Sequence record: MT560058.1
DNA: 24,000 bases
Source: Pectobacterium phage POP12
Reading direction: 5' to 3' (one strand)
The first letter of the stretch is position 1. Each line of letters begins with the position of its first letter. Of the stretch, positions 8,533 to 16,850 are shown one piece after another. The position numbers and the translations under genes were made by a program. The notes under the pieces were generated by a model. That model was not told where the DNA came from, ran no database searches, and saw nothing but the letters and a program-made list of their open reading frames with translations.

Positions 8533-8771
8533 TTTTTACCTATTCTTGATGTTCTTTCTAGGATGAATTTCGTATGCAACCTAATCCACGAATCGGAATG
8601 TTTAATTGCTGAATATATGTTCATGGTTGCTTCAATACTATTGATCTCATCCTGTAATTCGGAAAAAGACCACTCATTGAGCGGCCTTTTATATTTCCAG
8701 CTTTTGAACTGGTTATGCTTTGGTTTCATTTTTTGCAAGCAGTTCGACGATAGTTTCAAGATCCCTGACAT
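8529..8771 (-). CDS. Hypothetical protein, up to 80 aa; start uncertain
   Basis: ORF track. The track start overlaps the upstream gene by 59 nt, so an internal start such as MKPKHNQ (8729) is possible. Confidence 0.5.
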   Translation of the reverse strand: MSGILKLSSNCLQKMKPKHNQFKSWKYKRPLNEWSFSELQDEINSIEATMNIYSAIKHSDSWIRLHTKFILERTSRIGKK

Positions 8772-9093
8772 CGAAATCTAACGCTTTTTGCTTAAAGCTG
8801 TATTGGTCTACATGAGATACGATCTTTTGAGCCAATTCTGATTTTCTCATATACAAAACGTAATGATTTTTCGATAAAAAGAATCCATGTTCCAAACAAT
8901 CTAAATTAACATCAATTTTTCGTTCGTACCCAACTCCTACATCGACAGGATCCATAGTGAGGAATTTATTTCCTCTCTTAGTTACTTTAGCTTCGAAAGG
9001 TTCGCGTTTTACGCGCCGACCATACTGCGATTCAGAACCACAATAGTAAAGAATGTCGCCTACTTTGATGTCAGAAATGTTAAGTTTTCTCAT
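8713..9093 (-). CDS. Hypothetical protein, 126 aa, SH3-like 'VGD' N-terminus
   Basis: ORF track; 'ISDIKVGDILYYCGSESQYGRRVKREPFEAKVTKRGNKFLTM'. Confidence 0.65.
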   Translation of the reverse strand: MRKLNISDIKVGDILYYCGSESQYGRRVKREPFEAKVTKRGNKFLTMDPVDVGVGYERKIDVNLDCLEHGFFLSKNHYVLYMRKSELAQKIVSHVDQYSFKQKALDFDVRDLETIVELLAKNETKA

Positions 9094-9665
9094 TTTCGAT
9101 ACACTCCGTTATATTTTGTTGAACTGAAAAAATCAGCGTCTTTGATACTAATAAAGCACGTTTTTCCTTTCTTGTCAACTGCAACCACAGAACCATCATT
9201 TGTGACATATTCTACCGTGTACAAACCGCGAGCACTTTCTATCACATCACCAACAACAACATCGCGATCAACATTTTCTGTCACGTCAGCAACATAAACG
9301 AAACTGAAATTGTTGGAATTAATAGCGTTTACATCAGATGTAACAACGTAAGTTCTGCCAACGCGAGTAACAGTTTTTATCGTTAAGTTTTGGGCAAGTG
9401 TAAATTCGCCTGTATTTTTGTTTATCATTTCTGCATTGAAAGCATAAACCATACTATGTGCTGAATTGAAAGTTGCGATGATTGTATTGCTGCTGTTGGT
9501 TAGAACATACATCACAGTTTCATTATTTTTGTATGCAATACTTTCAATTTTATAATCAGAAACGGTATTTTCTCGAAAAGTGCTGTAAGCTACTTCGATA
9601 TAATCGCCGACTTTTAGTTGAACTTTTTTCTTTACCACTTGCTTTTGTTTGATATAAATTTTCAT
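9090..9665 (-). CDS. Hypothetical protein, 191 aa, probable beta-barrel repeats
   Basis: ORF track; 'LKVGDYIEVAYSTFREN...' and 'RDVVVGDVIESARGLYTVEYVTNDGSVVAVDKKGKTCFISIKD'. Confidence 0.7.
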   Translation of the reverse strand: MKIYIKQKQVVKKKVQLKVGDYIEVAYSTFRENTVSDYKIESIAYKNNETVMYVLTNSSNTIIATFNSAHSMVYAFNAEMINKNTGEFTLAQNLTIKTVTRVGRTYVVTSDVNAINSNNFSFVYVADVTENVDRDVVVGDVIESARGLYTVEYVTNDGSVVAVDKKGKTCFISIKDADFFSSTKYNGVYRK

Positions 9666-10021
9666 TAGTTTTTCCTAAAATATTCAATTAATTGATCGAG
9701 AAGTTGCACACGACGAATCGCAAAAGGATTGTTTTCAGTATCCCATTTGTCTTCCTGATTTCTGTAATGAAAATCAACATCATTACCATTAATCAAATCG
9801 CTTTCAACCGGATAATGGATATTCAATCCTAGATTTTGAAATGCTTCTTTCAACTCAAGACTAACATCATAATATTTTCCGTCAAACAATTTACCTTCAT
9901 GTTCTGTATACAGAACATATGCGTTATGACAAATTCCATGATGTCGATATGTGATTTTACCAGACTTCATTTCATCCAAGACACACATCAAAACAGTCTT
10001 TTTGGTTTTAACTTTTCGCAT
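9665..10021 (-). CDS. GICGNV/YPVE array paralog 1, unknown function
   Basis: GICHNAY, YPVES, DKWDTENNPFAIRRVQLLDQLIEYF. Track start is 10039; ATG at 10021 has GGAG with good spacing. Confidence 0.75.
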   Translation of the reverse strand: MRKVKTKKTVLMCVLDEMKSGKITYRHHGICHNAYVLYTEHEGKLFDGKYYDVSLELKEAFQNLGLNIHYPVESDLINGNDVDFHYRNQEDKWDTENNPFAIRRVQLLDQLIEYFRKN

Positions 10022-10367
10022 TTTGTAACTCCTTCTCAAGTTTCTCGATCATCATATCAAGAAGTTTGTAACGATACAAGGCAAATTTGTTAGTTTCGAT
10101 ATCCCACTTGTCTCGTTGGTTGTCGTACATAGGCCATAATTCGGTATTGACATTCAAGTTATTTTCTTTCAGATACATATGTTCAACTGGATACAAGACG
10201 TTCAGGTGAAGATGCGCGAAGATACTGCGCATTATATACCCAGTTTTATAATATTCATTACCAGTATATGAATATACATTTCCACATATACCTTCATGAA
10301 AACGAGAAATTTGACCAGATTTTATTGATTTTAGTTTTGCCAAAATTTCTGATTTTAGGTTATTCAT
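10008..10367 (-). CDS. GICGNV/YPVE array paralog 2, unknown function
   Basis: GICGNVY, YPVEHMY, DKWDIETNKFALYRYKLLDMMIEKLEKE. Confidence 0.8.
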   Translation of the reverse strand: MNNLKSEILAKLKSIKSGQISRFHEGICGNVYSYTGNEYYKTGYIMRSIFAHLHLNVLYPVEHMYLKENNLNVNTELWPMYDNQRDKWDIETNKFALYRYKLLDMMIEKLEKELQNAKS

Positions 10368-10732
10368 AGCTGTTTCTCTATATGTTCGATCATCATGTCA
10401 AGCAATTTATAACGATAAACCGCACACGGATTATTAACAAGATCAAATTTGTCTTGTTGTGAATCATACAATTCTTGAATATTAATTCCGTTTTCATCAA
10501 GCATTTCAGGTTGATGTTCAGAAAAATACATATGCTCAACTGGATAATAGATATTCAATCCAAGAGAATGAAATATATCTCTCATAAACGCAGACGTTTT
10601 TATGTATGATCTATTGCTCATATAATTTGAGTTGACATTCCAGCAAATTCCGTCTTGTCCATCTAGTTCAACGCTTCCGTTTTTAATCTTTTTTAAAGAA
10701 CGAAGAACAGATGTTTTCATTTCACTTTTCAT
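10364..10732 (-). CDS. GICGNV/YPVE array paralog 3, unknown function
   Basis: GICWNVN, YPVEHMY, DKFDLVNNPCAVYRYKLLDMMIEHIEKQ. Confidence 0.8.
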   Translation of the reverse strand: MKSEMKTSVLRSLKKIKNGSVELDGQDGICWNVNSNYMSNRSYIKTSAFMRDIFHSLGLNIYYPVEHMYFSEHQPEMLDENGINIQELYDSQQDKFDLVNNPCAVYRYKLLDMMIEHIEKQL

Positions 10733-11111
10733 TTTGTTCGATTTCCTTTTCTGCTAGTTCAATCAGGCGATCCAGAATTAAATATCGGTATTCTGCATAT
10801 GGATTGTTAACAAGGTCGAATTTGTCTCTTTGCATTGCATATTCTACGCTATAATCCTTTTTTGGAAAGGCCAAACTGATAGACAAATCAAATAATTTTT
10901 TGGTTCTCATGTCTTCAATCGGATAGGAACGGTTTAGATTCATATCGAAAAAGACATCTTTCATCCATCCTACCATTTGAATAGAACGACTCGAACCACA
11001 AAGAAAAGCATTATCCACGTTGCCGCAGATACCTTCTTGATTAACAACTTTGATACCTTGTTTAATTTCTTTTAATCGTTCCAATAACAATTTTAAATTA
11101 GATAGACGCAT
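10722..11111 (-). CDS. GICGNV/YPVE array paralog 4, unknown function
   Basis: GICGNVD, YPIEDM, DKFDLVNNPYAEYRYLILDRLIELAEKE. Track start at 11117 is TTG; ATG at 11111 preceded by AAGGA. Confidence 0.8.
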   Translation of the reverse strand: MRLSNLKLLLERLKEIKQGIKVVNQEGICGNVDNAFLCGSSRSIQMVGWMKDVFFDMNLNRSYPIEDMRTKKLFDLSISLAFPKKDYSVEYAMQRDKFDLVNNPYAEYRYLILDRLIELAEKEIEQNEK

Positions 11112-11478
11112 TTTCAAGTTCCTTAATCAAGGCTTCTGTTTTTTGAATTAAGATATTGAGTAATTCATAACGATATATCGCGTATGGATTATCAAAATCA
11201 AATTTATTTTCTTGACTATGATATGCGCGATTGTAATCATACTCGTTTTTGTTATCGAAAGGTTTTGTCTTGTTAAAAAACATATTTTCGACTGGATGAG
11301 ATTTTGACAATCCTAAAGAACCGAAAACGGATTTCAGGAAGATGATGATTTCTGAAAAATCTGCATCATTGGCGTTGGAAAGAACGTTAGAGCAAATCCC
11401 TCTGCCGTGCCGATAAATGATACCAATTTTAATATTGTTCAAACTGTCAAGCAATGTTTTTGCTGTTTTGAGTTTCAT
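11098..11478 (-). CDS. GICGNV/YPVE array paralog 5, unknown function
   Basis: GICSNVL, HPVENMF, ENKFDFDNPYAIYRYELLNILIQ. Confidence 0.78.
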   Translation of the reverse strand: MKLKTAKTLLDSLNNIKIGIIYRHGRGICSNVLSNANDADFSEIIIFLKSVFGSLGLSKSHPVENMFFNKTKPFDNKNEYDYNRAYHSQENKFDFDNPYAIYRYELLNILIQKTEALIKELENASI

Positions 11479-11900
11479 GATGCAGATTCCTGTTCAAATT
11501 TCTCGATTTCATTTTCGAGTTTTTCAATCAACATGTCAAGAAGTTTGTGGCGATACGGAGCACAAGGATTTTTCTTGAAAGTGAAAAACCCAAACCTTCT
11601 TTTTAAACTCCATTTGTTTCTGATTGAGTGATGAAGTTCGCTATAATATGCATGTTTATGGAATTGTTCTTTTAATTTTTCTTTTGCATACATTTCTTCA
11701 ACCGGATATTGATCATTCAAACCAAAAGATGCAAATAATTTATGAAGAAGGAGTATCATTTGCGAATTTGAAACCGGAAACACTCTTCTTGCAACGTTGA
11801 TACAGATCCCTGAATTAACGTCATCAACAAAACCCTGTTTCATTCGTTTCAACTTCCAGAGTAAAACCATTGATGAACTGTAATTATTTGACGTAATCAT
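11475..11900 (-). CDS. GICGNV/YPVE array paralog 6 (divergent), unknown function
   Basis: GICINVA, YPVEEMY, KKNPCAPYRHKLLDMLIEKLENE, with extra basic insertion IRNKWSLKRRFGFFTF. Confidence 0.78.
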   Translation of the reverse strand: MITSNNYSSSMVLLWKLKRMKQGFVDDVNSGICINVARRVFPVSNSQMILLLHKLFASFGLNDQYPVEEMYAKEKLKEQFHKHAYYSELHHSIRNKWSLKRRFGFFTFKKNPCAPYRHKLLDMLIEKLENEIEKFEQESAS

Positions 11901-12253
11901 TACGCAACCTCATTTTCTAAAAATGCAATCATCATATCGAGAAGTTTAAAACGATATGGAGCGATAACGTTATTAACAGAATCAAATTTATCTTTTTGAT
12001 CCCCGAACAGTTCGTATTTTGTTTTGTCGGTTTGATGTTCTTTCTTGTACATATCCTCAACCGGAAAAACGATATCGAGATCAAATTTCTCGAACATGGT
12101 GTTCATTGTATAATAAAACCATTCGTCTCCTTCGAAATTGTCTTCGACGTTACCGCAGATACCAAAACAACCGTCCACATTAACGCCTTGCTTGATTTCA
12201 TACAAACGATTGAGAAGTTCCAGATTTTTTCCAGCATCTTTTTCAAAGATCAT
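11900..12253 (-). CDS. GICGNV/YPVE array paralog 7, unknown function
   Basis: GICGNVE, FPVEDMY, DKFDSVNNVIAPYRFKLLDMMIAFLENE. Track start at 12265 is TTG; ATG at 12253 has GGAG. Confidence 0.8.
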   Translation of the reverse strand: MIFEKDAGKNLELLNRLYEIKQGVNVDGCFGICGNVEDNFEGDEWFYYTMNTMFEKFDLDIVFPVEDMYKKEHQTDKTKYELFGDQKDKFDSVNNVIAPYRFKLLDMMIAFLENEVA

Positions 12254-12632
12254 TTTCGTCTCCAAAACGAAGAATTTCTTTTTCCGTATGCTCGATCAGC
12301 ATATCAAGAAGTTTAAAACGATATGATGCATATCGATTATTTTCGATATCCCATTTGTCGGATTGACGAAAATACTCTTTTCCTAAATCTACACGAGTTT
12401 TATTATCATCACGCCACATAGATTCGACAGGAAAATAGACGCTAGAACAAGCGTCGGCAAATAAAACTTTTAGAAAAGGGTTAACTTCATGATAATCTGT
12501 TTGCCAATTTCTTGACTTATTCGGGCTCCACATTGCGGCAAGATTTCCACAGATCCCCATGTCTTTGTCTTCTGGGCAAATTTTTATCATCTTTAATACA
12601 ACAAGAAGATTACTAAGAATTTTTTTATTCAT
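12243..12632 (-). CDS. GICGNV/YPVE array paralog 8 (first gene of array), unknown function
   Basis: GICGNLA, FPVESMW, DKWDIENNRYASYRFKLLDMLIEHTEKE. Track start (12692) lies inside the terminator hairpin; ATG at 12632 (MNKKILSNLL) has GAGG 8 nt upstream. Confidence 0.8.
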   Translation of the reverse strand: MNKKILSNLLVVLKMIKICPEDKDMGICGNLAAMWSPNKSRNWQTDYHEVNPFLKVLFADACSSVYFPVESMWRDDNKTRVDLGKEYFRQSDKWDIENNRYASYRFKLLDMLIEHTEKEILRFGDENDL

Positions 12633-12663
12633 GATCTTTTCCTCAATGTTTTTTGATGTACCC

Positions 12664-12703
12664 ATAATAAAAAAGTCCTCACCATAAGGCAAGGACTTTT
12701 TGA
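12664..12703 (-). terminator. Rho-independent terminator downstream of gp52-like gene (copy 1 of identical 40-bp element)
   Basis: Minus strand AAAAAGTCCTTGCC-TTAT-GGTGAGGACTTTTTT: 14-bp stem with two G-U wobbles, U tract. Follows directly after the stop at 12709. Confidence 0.85.
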
Positions 12704-12708
12704 AGTTT

Positions 12709-13992
12709 TTACATCTTTTTCAAAAGTGTAGTTAAATCAGATAGATATACTTTAGAAGGTGTTGCATCTTTCCAGTATTCCAGTTCTTTTTCTAACTTTT
12801 TCACATCTTGATGAAGTTTTTCAAGTTCGTCTGTAGTCAAGTGATATATGTTCATAGACACCAGATATTCAGGTTCTTCACAACCTTCCCAGCTATCGAT
12901 TAACTCAATGGCTTTTTTCTTTGTCAATCCCTTCAACGAATCCGGCTGATCAATCATTCTCTGAATAAAGATGATCTTTGATTTGGCCTTTTTCAATTGC
13001 TGATCAATCACTACTCTTTTCTTGTCGATGCGCTGTTGGTACACAGTAAGCCTGTAATCGACAAATCGTTTCAACAAATCATCAGGTGTATCGAAGTGAA
13101 TCAAGTTTCCATCTAGAATCACGTTGATATTTGGATTGATGTTTTCAACCAATCTAAAATCTTTCATGATCTTTTCGTGTGTCAATTTTGCTGCGTATTC
13201 GCGCTTCAATGTAACAATGTATTTGAAATCTTCTTTCGAGTCATCGATATAACTAACAATATATCCTTTCGCTTCAAGGTCAATCAGCAATTCATTGTAC
13301 TTTTCGCGATTGAACTTGTAAGGAATTTCGTTGATGATTAACTTCGTTTTTCCATGTAGTTCATACAGACCATGCATTGCGCCGTTTTCGATAGTTCCTC
13401 TAAACAAAGGATACTTGTATTCCAGACTAAAATCCTTTCCTTTCAGATACTGAATACATGCATTAACAATGCTTTTCGGATCATGAGGCGGTATGTTCGT
13501 TGCATAGGCTTTAGCAATACCGTACACGCCATTCATCAACACAACAGGTATGATCGGAAGGTAATGTTTAGGCGGTTCGTGTTCCTCGTCTGGATGTTCA
13601 GGAATCAGATCCATATCCTGATAGATGTGATTGAACATTTCAGACGTTTTGCAATAGATATACCTTGGTGAAGACGGCGATTTTACCAATCTAGATCCAA
13701 AGAATCCGCGACCATCAACCAAGTTGATATTATTTGCCCATTTTGCGCATAGGATAGACCCAGCTTCGTTTGCTGATGTTTCTCCGTGGTGATATCCAAA
13801 TTCAGCAACACTACCGCCAACAGCCGCTACCTTTCGAAATTCATTACTACCATGATTCGCTGAATATACAAAGAAACGATGGACTGGTTTCAGTCCATCA
13901 ATCATGTTAGGAATTGCGCGTTGTTCTATTGTGTATAGAGCGTAAACCAGTCCTTCTTTGTGTATTACATCGCTTATTGTTCTTAACTTCAT
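12709..13992 (-). CDS. 52: Type II DNA topoisomerase medium subunit (GyrA/ParC-like, T4 gp52-like)
   Basis: 'EQRAIPNMIDGLKPVHRFFVYSA...KVAAVGGSVAEFGYHHGETS...DGRGFFGSRLVKSPSSPRYIY' including the catalytic Tyr context. Track start at 14004 is GTG; ATGA overlap with the large subunit supports ATG at 13992. Confidence 0.93.
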   Translation of the reverse strand: MKLRTISDVIHKEGLVYALYTIEQRAIPNMIDGLKPVHRFFVYSANHGSNEFRKVAAVGGSVAEFGYHHGETSANEAGSILCAKWANNINLVDGRGFFGSRLVKSPSSPRYIYCKTSEMFNHIYQDMDLIPEHPDEEHEPPKHYLPIIPVVLMNGVYGIAKAYATNIPPHDPKSIVNACIQYLKGKDFSLEYKYPLFRGTIENGAMHGLYELHGKTKLIINEIPYKFNREKYNELLIDLEAKGYIVSYIDDSKEDFKYIVTLKREYAAKLTHEKIMKDFRLVENINPNINVILDGNLIHFDTPDDLLKRFVDYRLTVYQQRIDKKRVVIDQQLKKAKSKIIFIQRMIDQPDSLKGLTKKKAIELIDSWEGCEEPEYLVSMNIYHLTTDELEKLHQDVKKLEKELEYWKDATPSKVYLSDLTTLLKKM

Positions 13993-15860
13993 GCACTTAC
14001 CCACTCTTTTCTTGGATCTGATTCTTTACCAAAACACATTTCCAAATCTTCCTTCCAGTTGTCAGACAATACAATTGTCTCGTAAACAAGATCTGTAGTC
14101 AACACGCGCTCATAATCCTCTTTTTCCAGACCACCAAGACCTTTGATGTATCGAATATCTTTTACCTTTGCTGTAGCTCGATACGGTTCGAAATCTTCCT
14201 GAGAATAAAACCATTTATCCTTATAGATGATTAACGGTGTTCTGATATATCGAATTCTCTGCTGTTCAAACAATTCAGGCCAACGAGCAAAGAAAGCTAT
14301 CAACAAAGTCAATATGTCACCACCATCAACATCAGCATCAACCATGATACCAATGAAATCGTAGGACATTTGGCTTATATCGCCTGCTGTGATATTGAGA
14401 ATTGTCATCATTTCAGACAGTTCTTTGTTTTTCAGCACATCAAGATTTGACATTCCCCATGTATTCAATGGTTTACCACGCAAAGGAAAAGCGCCTTGCG
14501 TCATTTTATCGCGACATTCGATCAATTGACCTACAGCGGAATCACCTTCTGTAAGAAACAACGTTGTTTCGTACTGAGGATCATTCAATCCATTAGCCGG
14601 AACATGTTTAGCAACGCGATTATTTTTAACCTTTTTGTTTGCCTTGGTCAACATCGCTTTTTCTGTTGCTTCTTTTCGGATCAATGCCTGTTCAATAATT
14701 GGCTGAATGATCGCATCAATCTCAAAAACTTTTTTTGCAACTTTAGCATATTCAATACCAGCATGATTATTGAATTCAGAAGGAGTATTTGTTAACTCTT
14801 CTTTCGTCTGACCATCAAACGCAGGCGCATTAAATCCATGCACAAACGCAATTAAAGTAAGACCTTCTTTTAATCTGGCTTTAGAAATATCGATATCGTG
14901 TTTCTTCTTGATCATCGGAATCAGTTCAGCACAAAGACCATCGATAATACAATCAACATGAACACCACCGCGTTTTGTATCCAAGCCGTTGACGAAAGAC
15001 TTCTGTTTGAATCCGTCCGTGGTGCTGGCTAAAACGAACGACACCGCACGATCTACTTTAATGAAGGTATCTGTTCCATAAAGTTCTGCATACTGCTGGA
15101 AGCGGTTTGAGAGCGTTTTATCGTTATAGGTAAACTTGACTGACGGAAACGCAACAGCCAAAGCAATCAAACGATCTTCGATAATCGTTTTTGTTTCTTC
15201 ATCGATACATTCAACACCACTAAACAGGGAAAAATCCGGCATAAACTTAACCGTAGTTCCTTGGTGTTTAGAATCAACAACACGATAATCGATAGTTTCC
15301 GATCCGTTGGTGCAATTGATGGTTACTTTTTTCTTACCGTTTGCAGTCTCGCCGATAAACAAAGAGCTAAAGCAGTTAGTCAAGAAACTACCCACGCCAT
15401 TCATACCAAGCGTAACACGTTCCTCATCATCAAAATTTGAACCTGCTTTTGCTAGTGTCCATGCTGCAACAGGTTTAGGAACAATATCACCTGACGGCGT
15501 TCTTACATCGTCCTGCGGTATTCCTCTACCGTTATCGGAAATGATTACGGTATCGTTGGTGATAACGACATCAATTTTATTTGCGTGTTTAAATTTGGTG
15601 CGGATCGCTTCATCAAGTGAGTTATCGATAATTTCGTTAATCATCTTGACAAGTCCTTCAACATAAGAAACAGGGCGATATTCGCCCTTAATAAAACGAT
15701 CTTGTGTTTTTATGTTGACAGAACCTAAGTACATGTTAGGACGCAATCGAATGTGATCGCGGTCGCTTAAACAAAAGCTATCATCAACATCACTAGGTTC
15801 TTGTTTTGGTTCAATTTTTGTTTGTTCTGGTTCATCTTCGAACAATGAATCTAAGTTCAT
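13989..15860 (-). CDS. 39: Type II DNA topoisomerase large subunit (GyrB-like, equals T4 gp39+gp60 in one ORF)
   Basis: GHKL ATPase motifs 'EIIDNSLDEAIRT', 'VIISDNGRGIP'; TOPRIM 'LFLTEGDSAVGQL' and 'IMVDADVDGGDI'; 'FPLRGKPLN'. Confidence 0.93.
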   Translation of the reverse strand: MNLDSLFEDEPEQTKIEPKQEPSDVDDSFCLSDRDHIRLRPNMYLGSVNIKTQDRFIKGEYRPVSYVEGLVKMINEIIDNSLDEAIRTKFKHANKIDVVITNDTVIISDNGRGIPQDDVRTPSGDIVPKPVAAWTLAKAGSNFDDEERVTLGMNGVGSFLTNCFSSLFIGETANGKKKVTINCTNGSETIDYRVVDSKHQGTTVKFMPDFSLFSGVECIDEETKTIIEDRLIALAVAFPSVKFTYNDKTLSNRFQQYAELYGTDTFIKVDRAVSFVLASTTDGFKQKSFVNGLDTKRGGVHVDCIIDGLCAELIPMIKKKHDIDISKARLKEGLTLIAFVHGFNAPAFDGQTKEELTNTPSEFNNHAGIEYAKVAKKVFEIDAIIQPIIEQALIRKEATEKAMLTKANKKVKNNRVAKHVPANGLNDPQYETTLFLTEGDSAVGQLIECRDKMTQGAFPLRGKPLNTWGMSNLDVLKNKELSEMMTILNITAGDISQMSYDFIGIMVDADVDGGDILTLLIAFFARWPELFEQQRIRYIRTPLIIYKDKWFYSQEDFEPYRATAKVKDIRYIKGLGGLEKEDYERVLTTDLVYETIVLSDNWKEDLEMCFGKESDPRKEWVSA

Positions 15861-16315
15861 ATACTTCCTATATCAATAATTTGAGTCAATTTAACGGTGT
15901 TCATTTTAAAAATGGTCTGTGTATCTCCTTCGATAACATCAGACGATTCATTGCATTCATAACAGAATACAGCATAACCACATTCATTTAGAGACTCACG
16001 ATCACTTTCAATGAACCAACGTTTAAGTTTTTCGATTGAAGAAAACCCGAAATTGTATTCTTTAAAATTGCAATCCAATTCTACGCCGTTCTTTTCTTCA
16101 AAAGCAACACATAAACCAACATCACCAGATGGCGCTGGCGTGGTTGCATCATATACTTTTAAGTCTGGATATAGATCGATATCGTGTTGAGAAAAATAAT
16201 CAACGTCAGTTCTTTTGCGAGAAAATCTTACATAAGGCCCGATGTTTGTTTGTCTTGGTTTTAGTCTATTGTCGAAATCAACAACAGAGAATTTTAACTC
16301 AACGCGATAAATCAT
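15857..16315 (-). CDS. Hypothetical protein, 152 aa, paralog of next gene
   Basis: Shares YRVELK, TNIGPY, 'YNFGFSSIEKLKRWF' and 'GYAVFCYE' with 16299..16781. Confidence 0.75.
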   Translation of the reverse strand: MIYRVELKFSVVDFDNRLKPRQTNIGPYVRFSRKRTDVDYFSQHDIDLYPDLKVYDATTPAPSGDVGLCVAFEEKNGVELDCNFKEYNFGFSSIEKLKRWFIESDRESLNECGYAVFCYECNESSDVIEGDTQTIFKMNTVKLTQIIDIGSI

Positions 16316-16781
16316 TATAAAGCTCCATCATGTCAACAAGTTTAGATTCGTTTAACGCAAACATAACCTGTGTATCACCTACATGCGCGAAATTGTCCGG
16401 CAACTCATACACCATAACGCAGAAACCGTGACCTTGCAACATAAAACGGTCATCAACATCAAACCATTTTTCAAGTTGTTCAATAGAAGAAAAACCGTAA
16501 TGATATCCACCTTTTAATATTGATCTTTCTGCTTTACCAAATGAACAAAAAGATTCCACCAATTTACGATCTTTAATTGGTGCAGGGTGATTTGCTCTAC
16601 TCCCTCGATACATATGACAACTATAGTCAAGACCGTTTTCCTGAAACCAATCTAAACAATACGCAATACAGCTAATATCAGAACCGTTGCCATATGGCCC
16701 GATATTGGTGCATTTAGAAATTTCAAACATTTCATTTTCGTAAATCAAACTAGCTTTAAACTCAACACGATAAACTTTCAT
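16299..16781 (-). CDS. Hypothetical protein, 160 aa, paralog of 15857..16315
   Basis: YRVEFK, TNIGPY, 'YHYGFSSIEQLEKWF', 'GFCVMVYE'. Confidence 0.75.
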   Translation of the reverse strand: MKVYRVEFKASLIYENEMFEISKCTNIGPYGNGSDISCIAYCLDWFQENGLDYSCHMYRGSRANHPAPIKDRKLVESFCSFGKAERSILKGGYHYGFSSIEQLEKWFDVDDRFMLQGHGFCVMVYELPDNFAHVGDTQVMFALNESKLVDMMELYNDLSR

Positions 16782-16797
16782 ATAGACCTCACAAAGA

Positions 16798-16833
16798 AAA
16801 ACGCCATGAGTGAATGATAGCTCATGGCGTTTT
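16798..16833 (-). terminator. Rho-independent terminator downstream of the repeat-MazG gene
   Basis: 13-bp perfect stem AAAACGCCATGAG / CTCATGGCGTTTT with 10-nt loop, A/T flanks on both sides. Confidence 0.8.
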
Positions 16834-16850
16834 GTCAGGTCAACAACTTT

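Noticed and set aside
11407-12326. Plus-strand ORFs (11407..11631, 11996..12316, 12138..12326) that might encode an opposing antitoxin-like protein
   Set aside because: They are exact antisense of the paralog array; no promoter, RBS or conserved motifs seen.
9665-12692. Possible CRISPR or DNA tandem-repeat array because of regular ~370-nt periodicity
   Set aside because: Periodicity is at gene and protein level; nucleotide sequences are diverged and there are no short identical direct repeats with spacers.
13372-13671. Plus-strand ORF antisense to topoisomerase subunit (also 14496..14795, 15307..15666)
   Set aside because: The minus frame encodes clearly conserved topoisomerase domains; plus ORFs are low-complexity shadows without RBS.
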